Origin: Octopus vulgaris
Taxonomy: Eukaryota
Length of the DNA stretch: 64,000 nt
Reading direction: 5' to 3'
Assembly: GCA_951406725.2 (NCBI GenBank)
Contig: OX597820.1
Span: 90,582,001-90,646,000, forward strand
Shown here: in pieces, positions 29,557-42,939 of the stretch
Numbering within the stretch: position 1 is the first letter of the stretch
How the letters are laid out: each line of letters opens with the position of its first letter
Program-made: the position numbers and the translations under genes
The notes under the pieces: generated by a model
Seen by the model: the letters and a program-made list of their open reading frames with translations, nothing else
Database searches by the model: none
Told to the model about the DNA's origin: nothing

Positions 29557-31849
29557 TTATATATACGGAAGAAAAATTTCAAAATTATGAAACAACTCCT
29601 TAATTGGGGATGATCGATCGTTTATGCAAGAAATCTGACGACCAGCACGCATACAGGCTATATATCCATGACAATCAATATCTTTGTAGTTTGATTTTCC
29701 CATAATTAGCTATGATTGATCGTTTAAAGCAGCCATAAATTTTGCCCATGTTTTCGGTATTAGTTGTTTAAACAAGTTAAAGGCTATATAGCCCGATCAT
29801 TATTTTTGCTAGATGTTACTTTGTACCTTTGGTCAGATATTCTTGAAGATGTGGTGAAAACAGTATTCTAGTATACGTGTCCAGAAATATTATGTTTGTT
29901 GTTGGGGGATAATTAAACAGTACTTACCCGACAGAGACTCATGAATATTGTGATAGTTGGTTATTGGAGAGTGACATTTTAAGGTGTATTTGGGTTTCGT
30001 TACGAAAATGCTGATATAAACTTGTACAGATGGAAATATGTTTATCTCATTTAATAGTGGGAGCATCACTTTATAATCATACATTTATAATCATATGTAC
30101 ATTTAGACACCATTTACATTCTATTTTTTGAGGTGCGTCAGAATTCATGTTCCATATTAAACATTGAACAGTTGGTAAATAGGCTTGAATGTCTTATTCA
30201 AAATATAACCCATTTTATTACATAACAACTGGTGAAATGTTTAAGACGAATACTGTATGACATCCTTTGTACTACAGTGTTCTTTAACTGTCATCATTAA
30301 TTTCATTTGATGTAGAATGTGAAACTTCAATTTAAAGATGGACAGCTGAACTTATAATAGTTCTCTTGTTATTTGCAATAAAATGTACTCGCAGTGTGCA
30401 ATTGTAACTAGGGTACACAATTTACTTAAAGGGTATATTACTTTCTCCATGAATATGCGTATGGTCCTATAACTAAGAAGAATAGAAAAATCCTATTTCT
30501 TAAAATCGTATTTGCAAAAACTGCTCTAGTATTGATTACTTCTATGTATTTGTTTTACAAAAATCCTGATGTGATATCTGATTGATCGTTTAAAGCAGTA
30601 ATAAAGTTAGCCCATGTTTTATATATCAGTTGTTTAAACAAGTTAAAGTTATATAACCCGATCATTATTATAAATATAGTTATATTTGAGGATGGCCATC
30701 TTTTTGCTAAATAACCACACCCACTATATACTCGTTTTCCACTCAGTTTTATGATTATTATTGTTTTAGTGTCTTTATCTCAAATCGTTCATCACATACT
30801 AGCTGATCTCTTCATCGACTCACCATTCTACTCCCCATTCTGATTTTTTAGTCCTTAATATTGAGTTTTCCATCTGTTCAATGGTAAACATTTCTGAGGA
30901 AAATGTAGATCAATATAATATATTATTGCGAAAGTAAGACCTACACTGTAAACACACTCAATTTTGCATTTTGAATACAAATGAAGATACATAAATCCAT
31001 CAAATATTTTCATCCTGATTATACTTGGTTATCACTATTTCCCCCGCGATTTTATAACGTAAATACCAGTGTCAATAAAGCATCAGCGAATTCATTTTCA
31101 ATTACATGTTTCTTGCTATTTCAAATTATGCGCATGCTCAGGAGATTAGATTAATTGGCTTAAAACAAGCTGATGATTGATGGCCACAAAAATTTCACCT
31201 CATAATTTATATTTCGAAAGAATTCAAGATTTCCTAGATATTTCATTTTCGTTTAGTCAATATTGTATACCCTCATTTCACAAATATTTAACATATTTTT
31301 TCACATAGTTATATTATATTCCTAATATACCTCTCTCTCGCGCGTGTGTGTGCATGTGTGTGTGTGTGTTTCTTTGTTTGTGCATGTGTGTCTGTTTGCA
31401 TGCGTGAGTGAGTATTTGTGTGTGTATGTATGCATATGCATGCTACCAAGTTTGGCTCCTTAAATGAGTAAGTTTATATGAATTATAACATTCTGCAAAC
31501 AGTGATTTCTGGTCCAGTTCGAGATAGTTGTATTAATATGCCAGCAGTTAGACATGATTCCTTCTTGTTTTTGTCCCGCAGTATAAGTTGTTTGTTTCCA
31601 TTACGATGAAGGATTCATTTTGTTATGTTTGCACTATGTTTGCACTTAATCTCTTCGATTTCTTGCCATACTGTGACAGTGAACTATAATGTATCTCCCT
31701 CTAGATCTGAAAATTTTAATTTATTTCTCGTCGCTGTCTAAACATGTAATTCGTTGTTCCTCTGCACAATGTCATCTGTGGATATTATCATCTGAAACGC
31801 TAATGTTATTGCGAAACAATCATGATTGAGCTGAACGGATTTGGTATTA

Positions 31850-32450
31850 GTAGCATTGAAATTTGGCCATTAATTTAATGAATTCTATTTGTTCAATTTT
31901 TTTCCCGGTGAAATACGATGTCTGAATAATATTTGCATCCCCACTATAGGTACATGTAGAGCATTGATAGAAATAGAATACTCGTGAGGAGTAGGGTTAT
32001 ATATTTTATAAATGAAAATTTCTATTTATAACAATAATTAATTCTATGTGATGGTATGTTCGAAAGTTTCCAATGCTGCAGGGGACAAGAAAAGCGGTGA
32101 ATTTGATATGAGGTACCGTAAGTCATTTGTACCCAAGCAGGTTTCTAGTTGGTTGATACAGATTTCAGTAGTACTTACGAGTAGCTGTGTCTGATGAATA
32201 TTGGCAGTATGTGTATGCGTTACATCTGTGTATGATTTTATGAGATGGGGAAGGATCTCGGAGATATTGTTTTGAAAGAAAAAGGATACACACCCACTAT
32301 ACACAATTTTACAATAAATTCTAGTTGGGTGTCTCTATTTACACATAGCATAATCTTTTAGTTTTCAACGTCGGATTTTCTACACAGCATTCAGTGGTGT
32401 TTCTTGAAAAAGTGTTGGGTGATTTGTTTATAATTAGATGCGGACAGAGA
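31850..32450 (-). mobile_element. Heavily decayed LINE RT remnant
   Basis: NDLRYLISNSPLFLSPAALETF resembles INDLPxxIxNSxxxLYADDLKxF. Confidence 0.4.
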
Positions 32451-32577
32451 CGACATTTTTGAAAAGAGAGGGATGCAGATAACTGATGCAGGCAACAACA
32501 GAATCAATCGAATGAATAGTTAAGTGTATTTCTCTCTGTGTGTGTGTTTCTGTGTGTATGTGAGTGTGTGTGTATTA

Positions 32578-32882
32578 CACTTTTACTTGCTTCAGTCATT
32601 TGACTGCGGTCACGCCGGTGCACCTCCGTTAACGCTTTTTCAGTAGAAGACATCGACCCCTGTACTTAGTCTTTGTAAGGCTCTGAACTGCGATGTTACG
32701 GAGACGTAAACACAGCAGGATCAAATGTCAAGTGATGAGGGGGGCAACAAACATGACCAGAGCCTGCTGACATGATTTGGTAGATGGAAGTTAAAAGAAA
32801 CCCTTCGTATATGTGTGTGTATGTGTGTGGGTATCTTTGCATTTGTGCTTTTCACCTACCACGCAGCCATGCTTGCGCCTAT
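32578..32882 (-). mobile_element. Rearranged fragments of the 25790 SINE family
   Basis: TTTTACTTGCTTCAGTCATTTGACTGCGG tail, an inverted internal piece, and a head remnant CCACGCAGCCATGCTTGCGCCT. Confidence 0.6.
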
Positions 32883-32915
32883 GTATGTATGTATGTATGT
32901 ATGTATGTATGTATG

Positions 32916-32977
<62 letters not shown>

Positions 32978-33080
32978 TGTGTGTGTGTGCGTGTGCGCAC
33001 GTGTATGTATCAGAGAAAGCACATAAATGCGAAACTGGGTGAAAAACATAGTACTCGGATACAGGAGGTAGAGTAATATG

Positions 33081-33241
33081 CTTTATTAAAGAAAAACCAG
33101 CAAAAATATCACCAAAACTGGTACTCAGAGTTCCACGTTCCCTTTCGTCTGACAGTTTTGTCAAACAAAACTGTCCAAGGAGCGGTACTTGAAACTCTGA
33201 GTGACAGTTTTTGTGATATTTTTGCTCCTTTATTAATAAAG
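33081..33241. mobile_element. Old inverted pair of pLTR-like fragments with decayed hammerhead-like cores
   Basis: Imperfect arms around a TCAAA spacer (33161-33165); the right arm reads AAAACTGT...GAAACTCTGAGTG-ACAGTTTT...AATAAAG. Confidence 0.55.
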
Positions 33242-33324
33242 TGTATGTATATATATATATTTTATACACACCCACACACTCACATATACTATATACTATA
33301 TCATGTTATTTCATATCATATTAT

Positions 33325-33668
33325 ATTCTTCCTTGTTTCTGTCATTTCAGGGCTGGCACGCTGTCTTAGAGAATTTTAAGTCGAATAAACGAACACCTGA
33401 TTTTTTTTAAAAGCCTATTCTATCAACGTTTTTTGCCAAATCACTGAGTTACCAAGACGTAAGCGCACCAATGCCAGTTGTCAAGAGGTGGTAGGTGACA
33501 AACACAGACACAAACACACACACATACACACGACAGGCTTCATTTAGTTTCCATCTGGTCGACCTGATGCTATAGCAGAAGACACTTATCGAAGTTGTCA
33601 CCCAGTGGGACTGAACCCGGAACCAGGAGATTTGGACGCAAGCTTCTTATCACATTCGCACGCCTGTA
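33325..33668 (-). mobile_element. Decayed SINE (25790 family)
   Basis: GTGGGACTGAACCCGGAACC, GAAGACACTT, GTTGTCAAG. Confidence 0.7.
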
Positions 33669-33694
33669 TGTACGCATACCTCTATTTATACATT

Positions 33695-33936
33695 ATTATT
33701 TATTTATGTGCCCTTTTCAAGCCTAGGCAAGCTCATGGGCCCGTTTTCCCGGTTTCTATGGCGTATGATAGTTAAGGCGAGTGAGTATAACAGGGGTCAC
33801 CCCCTTCCTGCTGGAGACTGGTGGAGCTTTTAGGTGTTTTCGGTCAATAAACACTCACAACGCCCGGTCTGGGATTCGAAACCGCGATCCTCCGACAGCA
33901 AGTCCGCTGCCCTAACCACTGGGCCATTGTGCCTCC
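33695..33936 (-). mobile_element. tRNA-derived SINE with the 2951 head but a different tail
   Basis: Minus strand GGAGGCACAATGGCCCAGTGGTTAGGGCAGCGGAC...AAAACACCTAAAAGCTCCAC; tail GAAAAGGGCACATAAATAAATAAT. Confidence 0.8.
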
Positions 33937-33950
33937 ATATTTATACATAC

Positions 33951-33988
<38 letters not shown>

Positions 33989-33989
33989 A

Positions 33990-34044
<55 letters not shown>

Positions 34045-34861
34045 AAGAGATATTAATATACATATACATACATACGCAAATATTTGTATACCACTCGTAT
34101 CATTTATTGAACTTATATTTCATCTCACTGTGAACTAATACCCTGCGGTTAAAACAAATTGATTTTTAACTACATGGAATAAGAATCTAACTGACAACCA
34201 ACTTCGTCTTTCATGAGGCAAATCATGGAAAGCTTATCTCTGTCTTGCAAAATGTTGACGGATAGTAGCGTATAACTATTTATTGATAAATTTAAACGTA
34301 TTATGAACACAACGAATTTACGTAATGATTACACATTTAACAGTAGGACATAAAAGTAATACAATGAAGGTTATGCGTGTGTGAATGCGAGTATTTATGT
34401 TTCTATGTGTATGTGTTTGTGTGCGTGTTTGTATCCGTGTAGTGTGTATGTGTAGCGACTCATATTCCATAGTGTTAAATATATATTGAGATATGCTATG
34501 AAGATAAAACTCGTTCATAATTAGCCTTAAACTATTTTCTTTTAGTTTTTACAGGAAATATGGAGAATTGACTTCGGATGAGCCTTAAGAATGACGAAAT
34601 TTCTTTGACCCAATCGTATTTCAAGTTGCTGAAGTCTCTTCTCAATGAACCATATATTTTTTTATTGTTTGCCACTCAACTATATGTTTAATTACAATAT
34701 GCATATTATTTCATACACATACTCGTTTACAACTTCCACAGTAGTGTTACCCTAGTTACACTTATATTAATAAATGAAATACATGCGCATTTATATTCAT
34801 TTTCAATAACATGTTTCTTGCTATTTCAAATTATGCGTATGCTCAGGAGATTAGATTAATT

Positions 34862-35013
34862 GTGTGTGATAAGGAGCATGCTTCCCAGCCACGTGGTTCC
34901 GGATTCTATCTCACTGCGAGGACCTTGTACAAGTGTCTTTTATTATAGCCTCAGGCCAGCCAAATGCTTGTGAGTGGATTTGATAGATTGTATCTGAAAG
35001 AAGCCCATCGTAA

Positions 35014-35074
<61 letters not shown>

Positions 35075-35530
35075 TATAGTTAATCCAAACATGAAAACAC
35101 AACAATGCAAGGACGTGGAACAAGCATAGTATTATTGGACGCTCAGGAAAGAAGGAAAGAAGGAGGGTTTAACGTTTCGAGCGGAGCTCTTCGTCAGAAA
35201 CATAGGAAAAGGAAAGATCCAAAGAAGGGAAGACGGAGGGAAAAAATCGCCAACAGTACACACGCGGCAGCTGTGCTTGTTCCTAAACCACCACCACCAT
35301 AGTCACCATCACCATCACCATCACCACTACCACTACTTCCACCACCACCACCACTACCACATGATAACCGGTGTTGCTGCTACTACATTTCCGTAACTTA
35401 ACAGATTGTGAAAAGTGAGCGATAAAACAGGTACCAGGCTTAAACAAGTAGCCATAGTGTAGATTTGCTCCACTAAAACCTTTCAAGTAAGTGCCCCAGC
35501 AGGGCTGCAGTCAAATAAATAAATAAAATC
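34862..35530 (+). mobile_element. Decayed SINE (25790 family) interrupted by a pLTR-like insertion
   Basis: 5' part 34862-35010, then (TA)n, the insertion 35078-35267, and the 3' part to GTGCCCCAGCAGGGCTGCAGTC-AAATAAAT. Confidence 0.7.
35078..35267 (-). mobile_element. Penelope pLTR-like fragment with a minimal hammerhead (35167-35201)
   Basis: Minus strand reads GTTT-CTGACGA-A-GAGC-TCC-GCTC-GAAAC-GTT-AAAC. It abuts (TA)n inside a SINE; a second family copy lies at 56804-56992. Confidence 0.7.
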
Positions 35531-37624
35531 AAATACGTAACAAATATGCTAGGTGTGTATAATGCTTACGTAGAGCACCATATGCATTTAAACCACAGTA
35601 GCAGTTTTATCTTTAATTCATAGAACAGGTTTGATACAGTGTTGGTGTTCCTTACCTGCAAAAGATATTTAAATGAAAATGGATATACAAGATTTGTATT
35701 TACTGCTCGAAATTTCCACGTTTACATGTAACCTGATTTTAATTATACCTATTATTGGGGAATAAAATTTAAAAAAATTACATCAAATATGCCGTGTTAA
35801 TTGGCTCAATTCATCTATAATGAATACTGAAGCGGTCAATATTCTTATTACAACACAAATATTACATAACTCATATCTAACGTAGAAGGTGATGAAAGTA
35901 CGCATTTAATTTAATCTATAAGTATGAATATAGAAAAAAAAAACTAGAAAAAATATAAAGCAAAATATTCTGGACATATTTGATTATCTAATTTATTTTC
36001 GTACTAAACATGCCTGCTTTAGAATAATGAGAAATCTAAACTACTATTAGGCTAATACCTAAATGAAGTATGGAGAACACTCGACGGCTTATTGCTTACA
36101 TTTATCAGAGATGAATGTAAAAGCAATTTAAACATTATATATTCAAACTTCAAACGCGACTTATTTCTTTATCGAAAAATCTGCGATGAAGGCTTCCAAA
36201 GATTTCTCTTTTTTATTGAATCAATCACTATCAGCTAATAAGGAGTCAGATCGTTCAAAGAAACGCTGTCACGAGAGTTAAGATATAATACTGTTTTCAA
36301 TTTCTTCCGCTCTACTTTTTATGATATATTTCTAGTAAAATTAACTACTGCCTGCTATGTTATATATTATTTATATTGTTTTCCTTTTGCTTGCATTTTC
36401 GCATATTGGTTCTGCAAAATGTGTACAGAAATAGCATAGTTTAAAGCATTTATTAACATTATGATAGTTTAGTAAAATGTTCTTTTCAATAGACGGGAAG
36501 AAACGGAAATAATATAAAATAAGATGGTAAAAGAAATGCGCTATAGTGTGCCTATAGGAAATGGAATGGAAACAGCTAGAAATGCCGGTAAACTGTCTGA
36601 CAACTATATGTAAATTTCGTTAAGCGTAGAAGCTCTTTATTCATATTGTCACGAGAACCCATGTCAGTTTAGTAGAATGAAACTTGTTGGTTGTAAATTC
36701 CAGAATCTTCGACCTTATTGACCGAAAATCTCCATGATGCTAGACTAAATTGTTTCTAAAGTTTCCAATTTATTTACTTTGTGCTTGAACACACAACGCA
36801 TACATTTGCATTTGAAGTCATTTAGTTTCAGGATTCTGACATATTAACTTTTCCAGTTAGCTAAAGAGTTTAAATATTTTAAAATCTTTCATAAATAATC
36901 TTACCTTTTAAAACTTTGTTACTATTTCTACTAAACGAGTCTCCTAAAATGGTGTAGACTTTCTTAGAGGGAAGAGGAAATATTACGGAGTATTAATTAT
37001 TGATAAAATATTAATCATGTTGAATGCCAGCATAAAGATAGTTTTATTTGTATCGTTACACAATATGTATATTATTATTAATATTTTCTCTGTTTGAAGA
37101 TTTTCATTGATATTTCATATAGTAATACAGTGTTCTGATTGTAAGGATATTAAATCTTACACCGAACGAAAGTGGAAATATAAATACATGTTTTGAATAT
37201 TTCATATGCAGTAATACGGTGCGTTTCTAGTACAAGAATCATATATGGTGTAACACCAATACGTAAGAGAATAATGTGTGTGTGTGTGTGTGTACCCGTT
37301 TGTTTTGTGTGTGTGTTTTCTATGTTATGGGTGAGTTAGTTGGTGCGAGTTCAATGTTAGAGAGATTAAACTAGAACAGGAAGATACTTTGTATTAATCA
37401 GTCACGGGACAAAGGGCAGTATCTGTCATAATGTTACAGGACTGTCGAGATAGGAATGAAGAGAAGCCACTGCTTATTGGTTTCTGCAATAAAACACCAC
37501 ACCTCTGTACATTAATTTCTTCTCACACCTGAGCAGTGGTCCAGCGACAAAATAGTGGTGTTAAACTTGGTGATATATTTAGTCAACTGTTGCTCATAGG
37601 ATATGAGTGTTAACGCTTAAAATA

Positions 37625-37832
37625 TTGATTTCACATTTTCGTACAAGGCCAGTAATTTCTGGAAGGGATACGTCGATTACATCGACCTCATTGCTCAACC
37701 ACTTATTTTATCGACCCCGAAATGATGAAAGGCAAAGTCGACCTCGGCAGAATTTGAACTCAGAACGTAAAGGCAAACGAAATACCGTTAAGCATTTTCC
37801 CCGTGTGCTCACGATTCTGCCAGCTCGCTCCC
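37625..37832 (-). mobile_element. Monomeric SINE (9400 family)
   Basis: TCGACCCCGAAATGATGAAAGGCAAAGTCGACCTCGGC..TTCTGCCAGCTCGC. Confidence 0.8.
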
Positions 37833-40800
37833 TTGTTAACGATTAAAATATTGTGTTACAGTGCTGAAATCTATATGCAAACAATTTTTTAAAGTAAGGC
37901 AGATATATGGAACCAAAAGCAAAGACAACGTATAAATGATCATGATTAAGCAATTTCATGATTAAGTATCAAAAATATTGCAAACCTTATTCAAAAGCAA
38001 TTATATGGCATTTAGATTAGATATACATAGATTAGATATATATAGATTCTGCTATATATTAATTGTACACTGAATTGACTTTAGAATATAATGGTATACT
38101 GTATTTGATATACAAGACAAACACACCAGAAGCACAAAACGCCGTACATACATACATACACACGCACACACACACACACACACGTATATATATAACTATA
38201 CTTATTTAAGTAAATAAACCTTACTTGAACAATACTTAATAACATGTTTTCAAAATTATACCCCCTGGTCTACATAAGCTGTTTGAAAACGGACAAGTAA
38301 CGTTTTCATCACTTCCTAGTGATATTACGTAATGACTTGTAATTCAGATAGACGGAGTATTTTATCGGTTTGAAAGTTATTATTTAGCAAATTATAAAAG
38401 AATAAATTGAAAGTCATTTTCTTTTCGAAATTTAATTTTCAAATAAGAGTTAATATCATTATCAATATTCAGAATATTTAGGTATTAATTGAAATATATA
38501 TCTTTGTTTCCAAGTAAATAGTTACAAAACGAAATACAAACTAAAAAGATGTGTGTCGAATGATATGCATTAGTTTTCGAAACGTATCTCTCGATATTAT
38601 AGCCTTGGATAAACTACCTCTGAATACAAGCAAACTGATAATATCGAGTTAAAAGCCTCTGGTTACAGATCGGAATGATGCGTACTGATCAAAGGCTAAA
38701 CAGCGACAGCAACAAATGTCTATTTTCCGTAATTGGAAATAGCTTTTGAAAATTATCCTATATGAATGTTTTGTAATATATTGATGTAGTATGGTTAGAA
38801 GTATTCGCCTTGATCAAATCTTCCGTTACAAAATAAATTAATGCATTTTCTATAATGTAAATAATTATTCGAAAATATGCAATATAGTACTTACTCTTAG
38901 TCTGTAGAATTTTTCTGCTCTAAAAGAAGATACCAATATGTTAGAAAATCAGCTGCACCCTGTTACGTTACTATAACATTTGATTATATACAAATCATTT
39001 AATCGATAAAATCCTACTTACCGAGTGAAAATTCATGACCTAAAATAATCTCATGCTATTAGAAAACTTTTCGGAATTAATTACATGTTGCTATAAACAA
39101 GTTTAAATAATGTTCGTAATACCAGCATGTAGTTAGAGCCAGGGGGCCAGATTTTTGTTAAGATTAACTTTCTCTGTGGGAACAATCTTGTCTAAAATAG
39201 TTCCAAATTAATCTGGTATCTATTCTTTGTGACTAATTCGAATTCAGTGTTGTAATATAAAATGAAGCACTTTAAAACATTCACTTTAAAACATTCAAGC
39301 TGTAAACATACACTTATTTCACTTGGATAGATAATTTAAGGTTTCATATTTCATGCCTCTACAAATTAATTAAGAAAGTTGCATGCCAAAATAGACTAAT
39401 TAGAAAAGAACAGTACGTAGAAATGAGATCATGAAAAACAAAAATTGTTACGCGGTGGTTATAAATAGTAGGAAAATCTGCACGTTCACAAAGAAAAGGT
39501 AATTTTAGAGGTTGGCTTGTTTCAAATTCCAATATATTTTTATTATGTTTTCTCTTTGACTGATGGATGGGACAATCCATTTATAGAATAGAAAGAATTA
39601 CTTAAAAATGAATGTAAAATGTATGTATTATATTACATGGAAAAAATGTGAGCATCAAAAGTCGTATTCTTAAGTTAATAAACCTGGAAATGTGCAGGAC
39701 AAGTTATTACACCTGTAAAAGTATAGGACAAGCTATTACTTTTTGTAAAGTAAAGAATAAGAAACTCTTTAATTCAAATATTGCAGCAAAGAATGCCAGT
39801 TCTTCTAATTTATTACTATTTACATTTTCACCTTTTATATTATTTTACAAAACTGTTCAGCTAATTTGTAATTTTGTCTAATTAGTCGCTTTTTAGGATA
39901 GTAAATTAGGCAAATTCTACTTAAATAAGTATAGTGTTATTTGTAAACTATACTAAAATAAATTTTGATATTCAAATTTTAGTTTTAGCTACAATAGTTT
40001 AAATAAAAACTTTCTTATTCTTTACTTTACTAGAAGTAATATCTTGCTCTATACATTTACAGGTGTAATAAGTTGTCCTGTACTTTTCCAGGTTTATAAT
40101 CTTAAGAATATGATTTTTCATGCTCGCATTTTCTATGTAATCCTTGATTTTCCAGGCATTGCTGCTATAAGATAATTAATAATGTGTCAAATAATAAATT
40201 AAGATTTTACTTTATAAAATACTGAAAGATAATATTTCAATTTTTTCGTGTTTAATTTAAATATATTTTGTGATTGAATTATTTGAGATTACCCATCCAC
40301 ACCACATTAATGGCAGGGATTTTTACCATGTTGTTGGTTGCACCATGGCTCACCAATTGTTACAAACAACAAGATCCCCAAACCATCAGTTACCAGACTC
40401 ACCTTCAGTAACCTAATTTTGCAATATTAGGAGGTCACAGGAATTCATTCAATGAAAAAAATTCCAATGATTCCAGGATTGTGGGAGACGGGGAACCCCC
40501 ACACATAATTTTTTCCGAACCAGTATAAGGGATTTGCAGCATATTAGGATATCAGGGTACTTGATTCCACGAAAAAATCAAATTTTCTCTTTTCTTAGTG
40601 AAAATCGTGCCGGTGTTAATATACAAACTGACCATAATGTTGTTGTTATTTAGCCTCAAAGAAATCCTGATATTGCAAACGTATCATCAAATACATTCCA
40701 TTCTTCATCAAACCGTCTTTTATGGATAATCTAGGACATTAAATACAATAGGCCTGTGATTTAGGTTGGGGGGATACTTTGGCTGCTATGTTTAGCGTGT

Positions 40801-40964
40801 CGAGCGACCACGTAGAGGCTCTTTCATTGGTTCGAGTGGATGATGAGATTTTTTACACATATATGTAATATGTATATATATCATCTGCAGAAGTAAGAGA
40901 GTAAGTCAAAAGCTGAGATTTTCGTGTATAGGCACTTATCAAACACGAATTTAACCCTTGTCAC

Positions 40965-41372
40965 TTCTAAAATAAAAAAATTGTGTCAAAAACGTTAAGA
41001 GTAAGCCCTGTTCTATGTGAGACATTCTACCAGTATCGGAAGTTTGAAAATGTTTAGTTAAAAAAATTATATAAATAATCTCTACGTCTAATTGAATAGA
41101 TCCGAAATGGATAAATGGCAAAGTCAACCTCGGTGGAATTTGAACTCAGAAAATAAAGACAGAAGAAATACCGCTTCTAAAATACAAAGTGTTGTCATAA
41201 ACGGTAAGAATAAATCATGCTCTATGTGACATATTCTACAAGTGTCGGAAGTTTGAAAGTGTTTAGTTAAAAATTTAATTAAATAATCTGTACGTCAAAT
41301 CGACCTCGGCGAAATTTGAACACAAAAACGTAAAGATAGACGAAATACCGTTTCTGCCACCTCACCGGCTAA
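40965..41372. repeat. Old tandem duplication (~208-bp period), each copy ending in a minus-strand SINE fragment
   Basis: CTATGTGA..ATTCTAC.AGT.TCGGAAGTTTGAAA.TGTTTAGTTAAAAA occurs twice. Confidence 0.75.
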
Positions 41373-42939
41373 GAAAGTAAGAATTCATTTTAGAAATATA
41401 TTCTTTTTTCTTATTGCTGCAGCGTTACTCCCTTCCTTACTTACTTACTGATATGAAATTTCGTAACATTTTACTTCATAACTCATTTGTTCGATGCGAA
41501 GCGCGATTCTGAATTCCTCATGGATTTTTCTATCATTTAAGCCGAAGAAAGGTATACATTTAATTTAAATTTTTTTAAAAATATGCTAATTGAAGATGAA
41601 TATCTGCCTTACTGCCCCCTTTAGGTCGCAGATTTTTTTATGTAACTTTTTTTTCTGAACCAAATCTCAACCTATTTATGCCAAAGTGTAGCTGAAGAGG
41701 TGTCCTCTTTAAAACTATTAACAATTTGCAATTTAGTTGAGAACTGAATTAGTGGTGAAGATTGGAAGTTGCTGCGATTGACGACATGGTGGACTTAAGA
41801 ATATATTCAACCACTACAGTGGTTGAATAATAAGAAGTAATATGTAATGAATTCTTAAAACAGTTACCTTAGGCATATATACAAAGTTTCCCCTACGGTA
41901 GACTTGTGGAAGATTTATTCAAAAGCATTCTTGAACGTAATTTCATTTAACTGATGTGACTTTAAAAATGTAACATTTTATCCATCGAGGACGAAGCATT
42001 TAACAATTCCTAATCGATTTTCCAAATCATAAAAGCTTTTGTTTTAAATTCTCTATAAAATCGATTGTCTTTATTACATACAGGGAGAATTGCAATAAAA
42101 GTAACCAATTGAAAATTTATTCTGCTAGGTTATATATCATATGTTTATTAGGAGTTGTCAAACTAAAATACGACCAGTTTAGCTTTGATGGCAATAATCA
42201 TGATTGAACGACGATTACTTAATTGCCGAAAGCGTTGTACAGAAAATATTGAAACCTAGAATCGACATATGTGCAAATGTCTTCTGTTATTTTACAACGT
42301 ATCTCCTTGTACTCAATCCATTCTCACGTAAATTATACAAGGAATTGAGCCAATAAATCAGATGTAAACTATTGGAAATCGTTAACTATTTGCGACTAGT
42401 GATATTTAATCTATAAATGTACGTAAATGTATACCTGAGCTATTTTGTTTCACCTTTTTGTTGATTCTACAGATTAGTATTCAATAATTGCGTAGAACAA
42501 AGTAGTGGCAAAGGAGGATTTAGATAAATAAATGTGGCTGCAACCATTGATTTATGCATTTAAGTATTAAAAATCTGTTTTCGTTTCGTGTTTTAAGTCG
42601 GCGAAGTTGATTTCATATGTCAAAATTGTCTGTCTCTCAAATTTACAAGATATTAAAATGAACTTATTAAACACGCAAACATATATACACAGAAATACAA
42701 ATTTATACCTATAACCCTGAAAGTAGATATTCGCATAAATTTATTGAAACTGAGCGCAATCTTCAGGCGAGATATATTACATTTTGGGCATTTAGCTAAT
42801 TATTCTGATGACGATTTTGCTTTACACCCTTTCGTAGTCGGTAAAATAGTTACTAGTCGAGGACTTTGGTCGATTTAACCAACTAGTTCCCCACCACTTT
42901 ACTCATTAATGCACTAATTAATTTTAGATCTAGCTGCTT

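Noticed and set aside
32044-32304. Host exon (86-aa ORF)
   Set aside because: Better explained as a decayed LINE RT segment; no supporting neighbouring exons.
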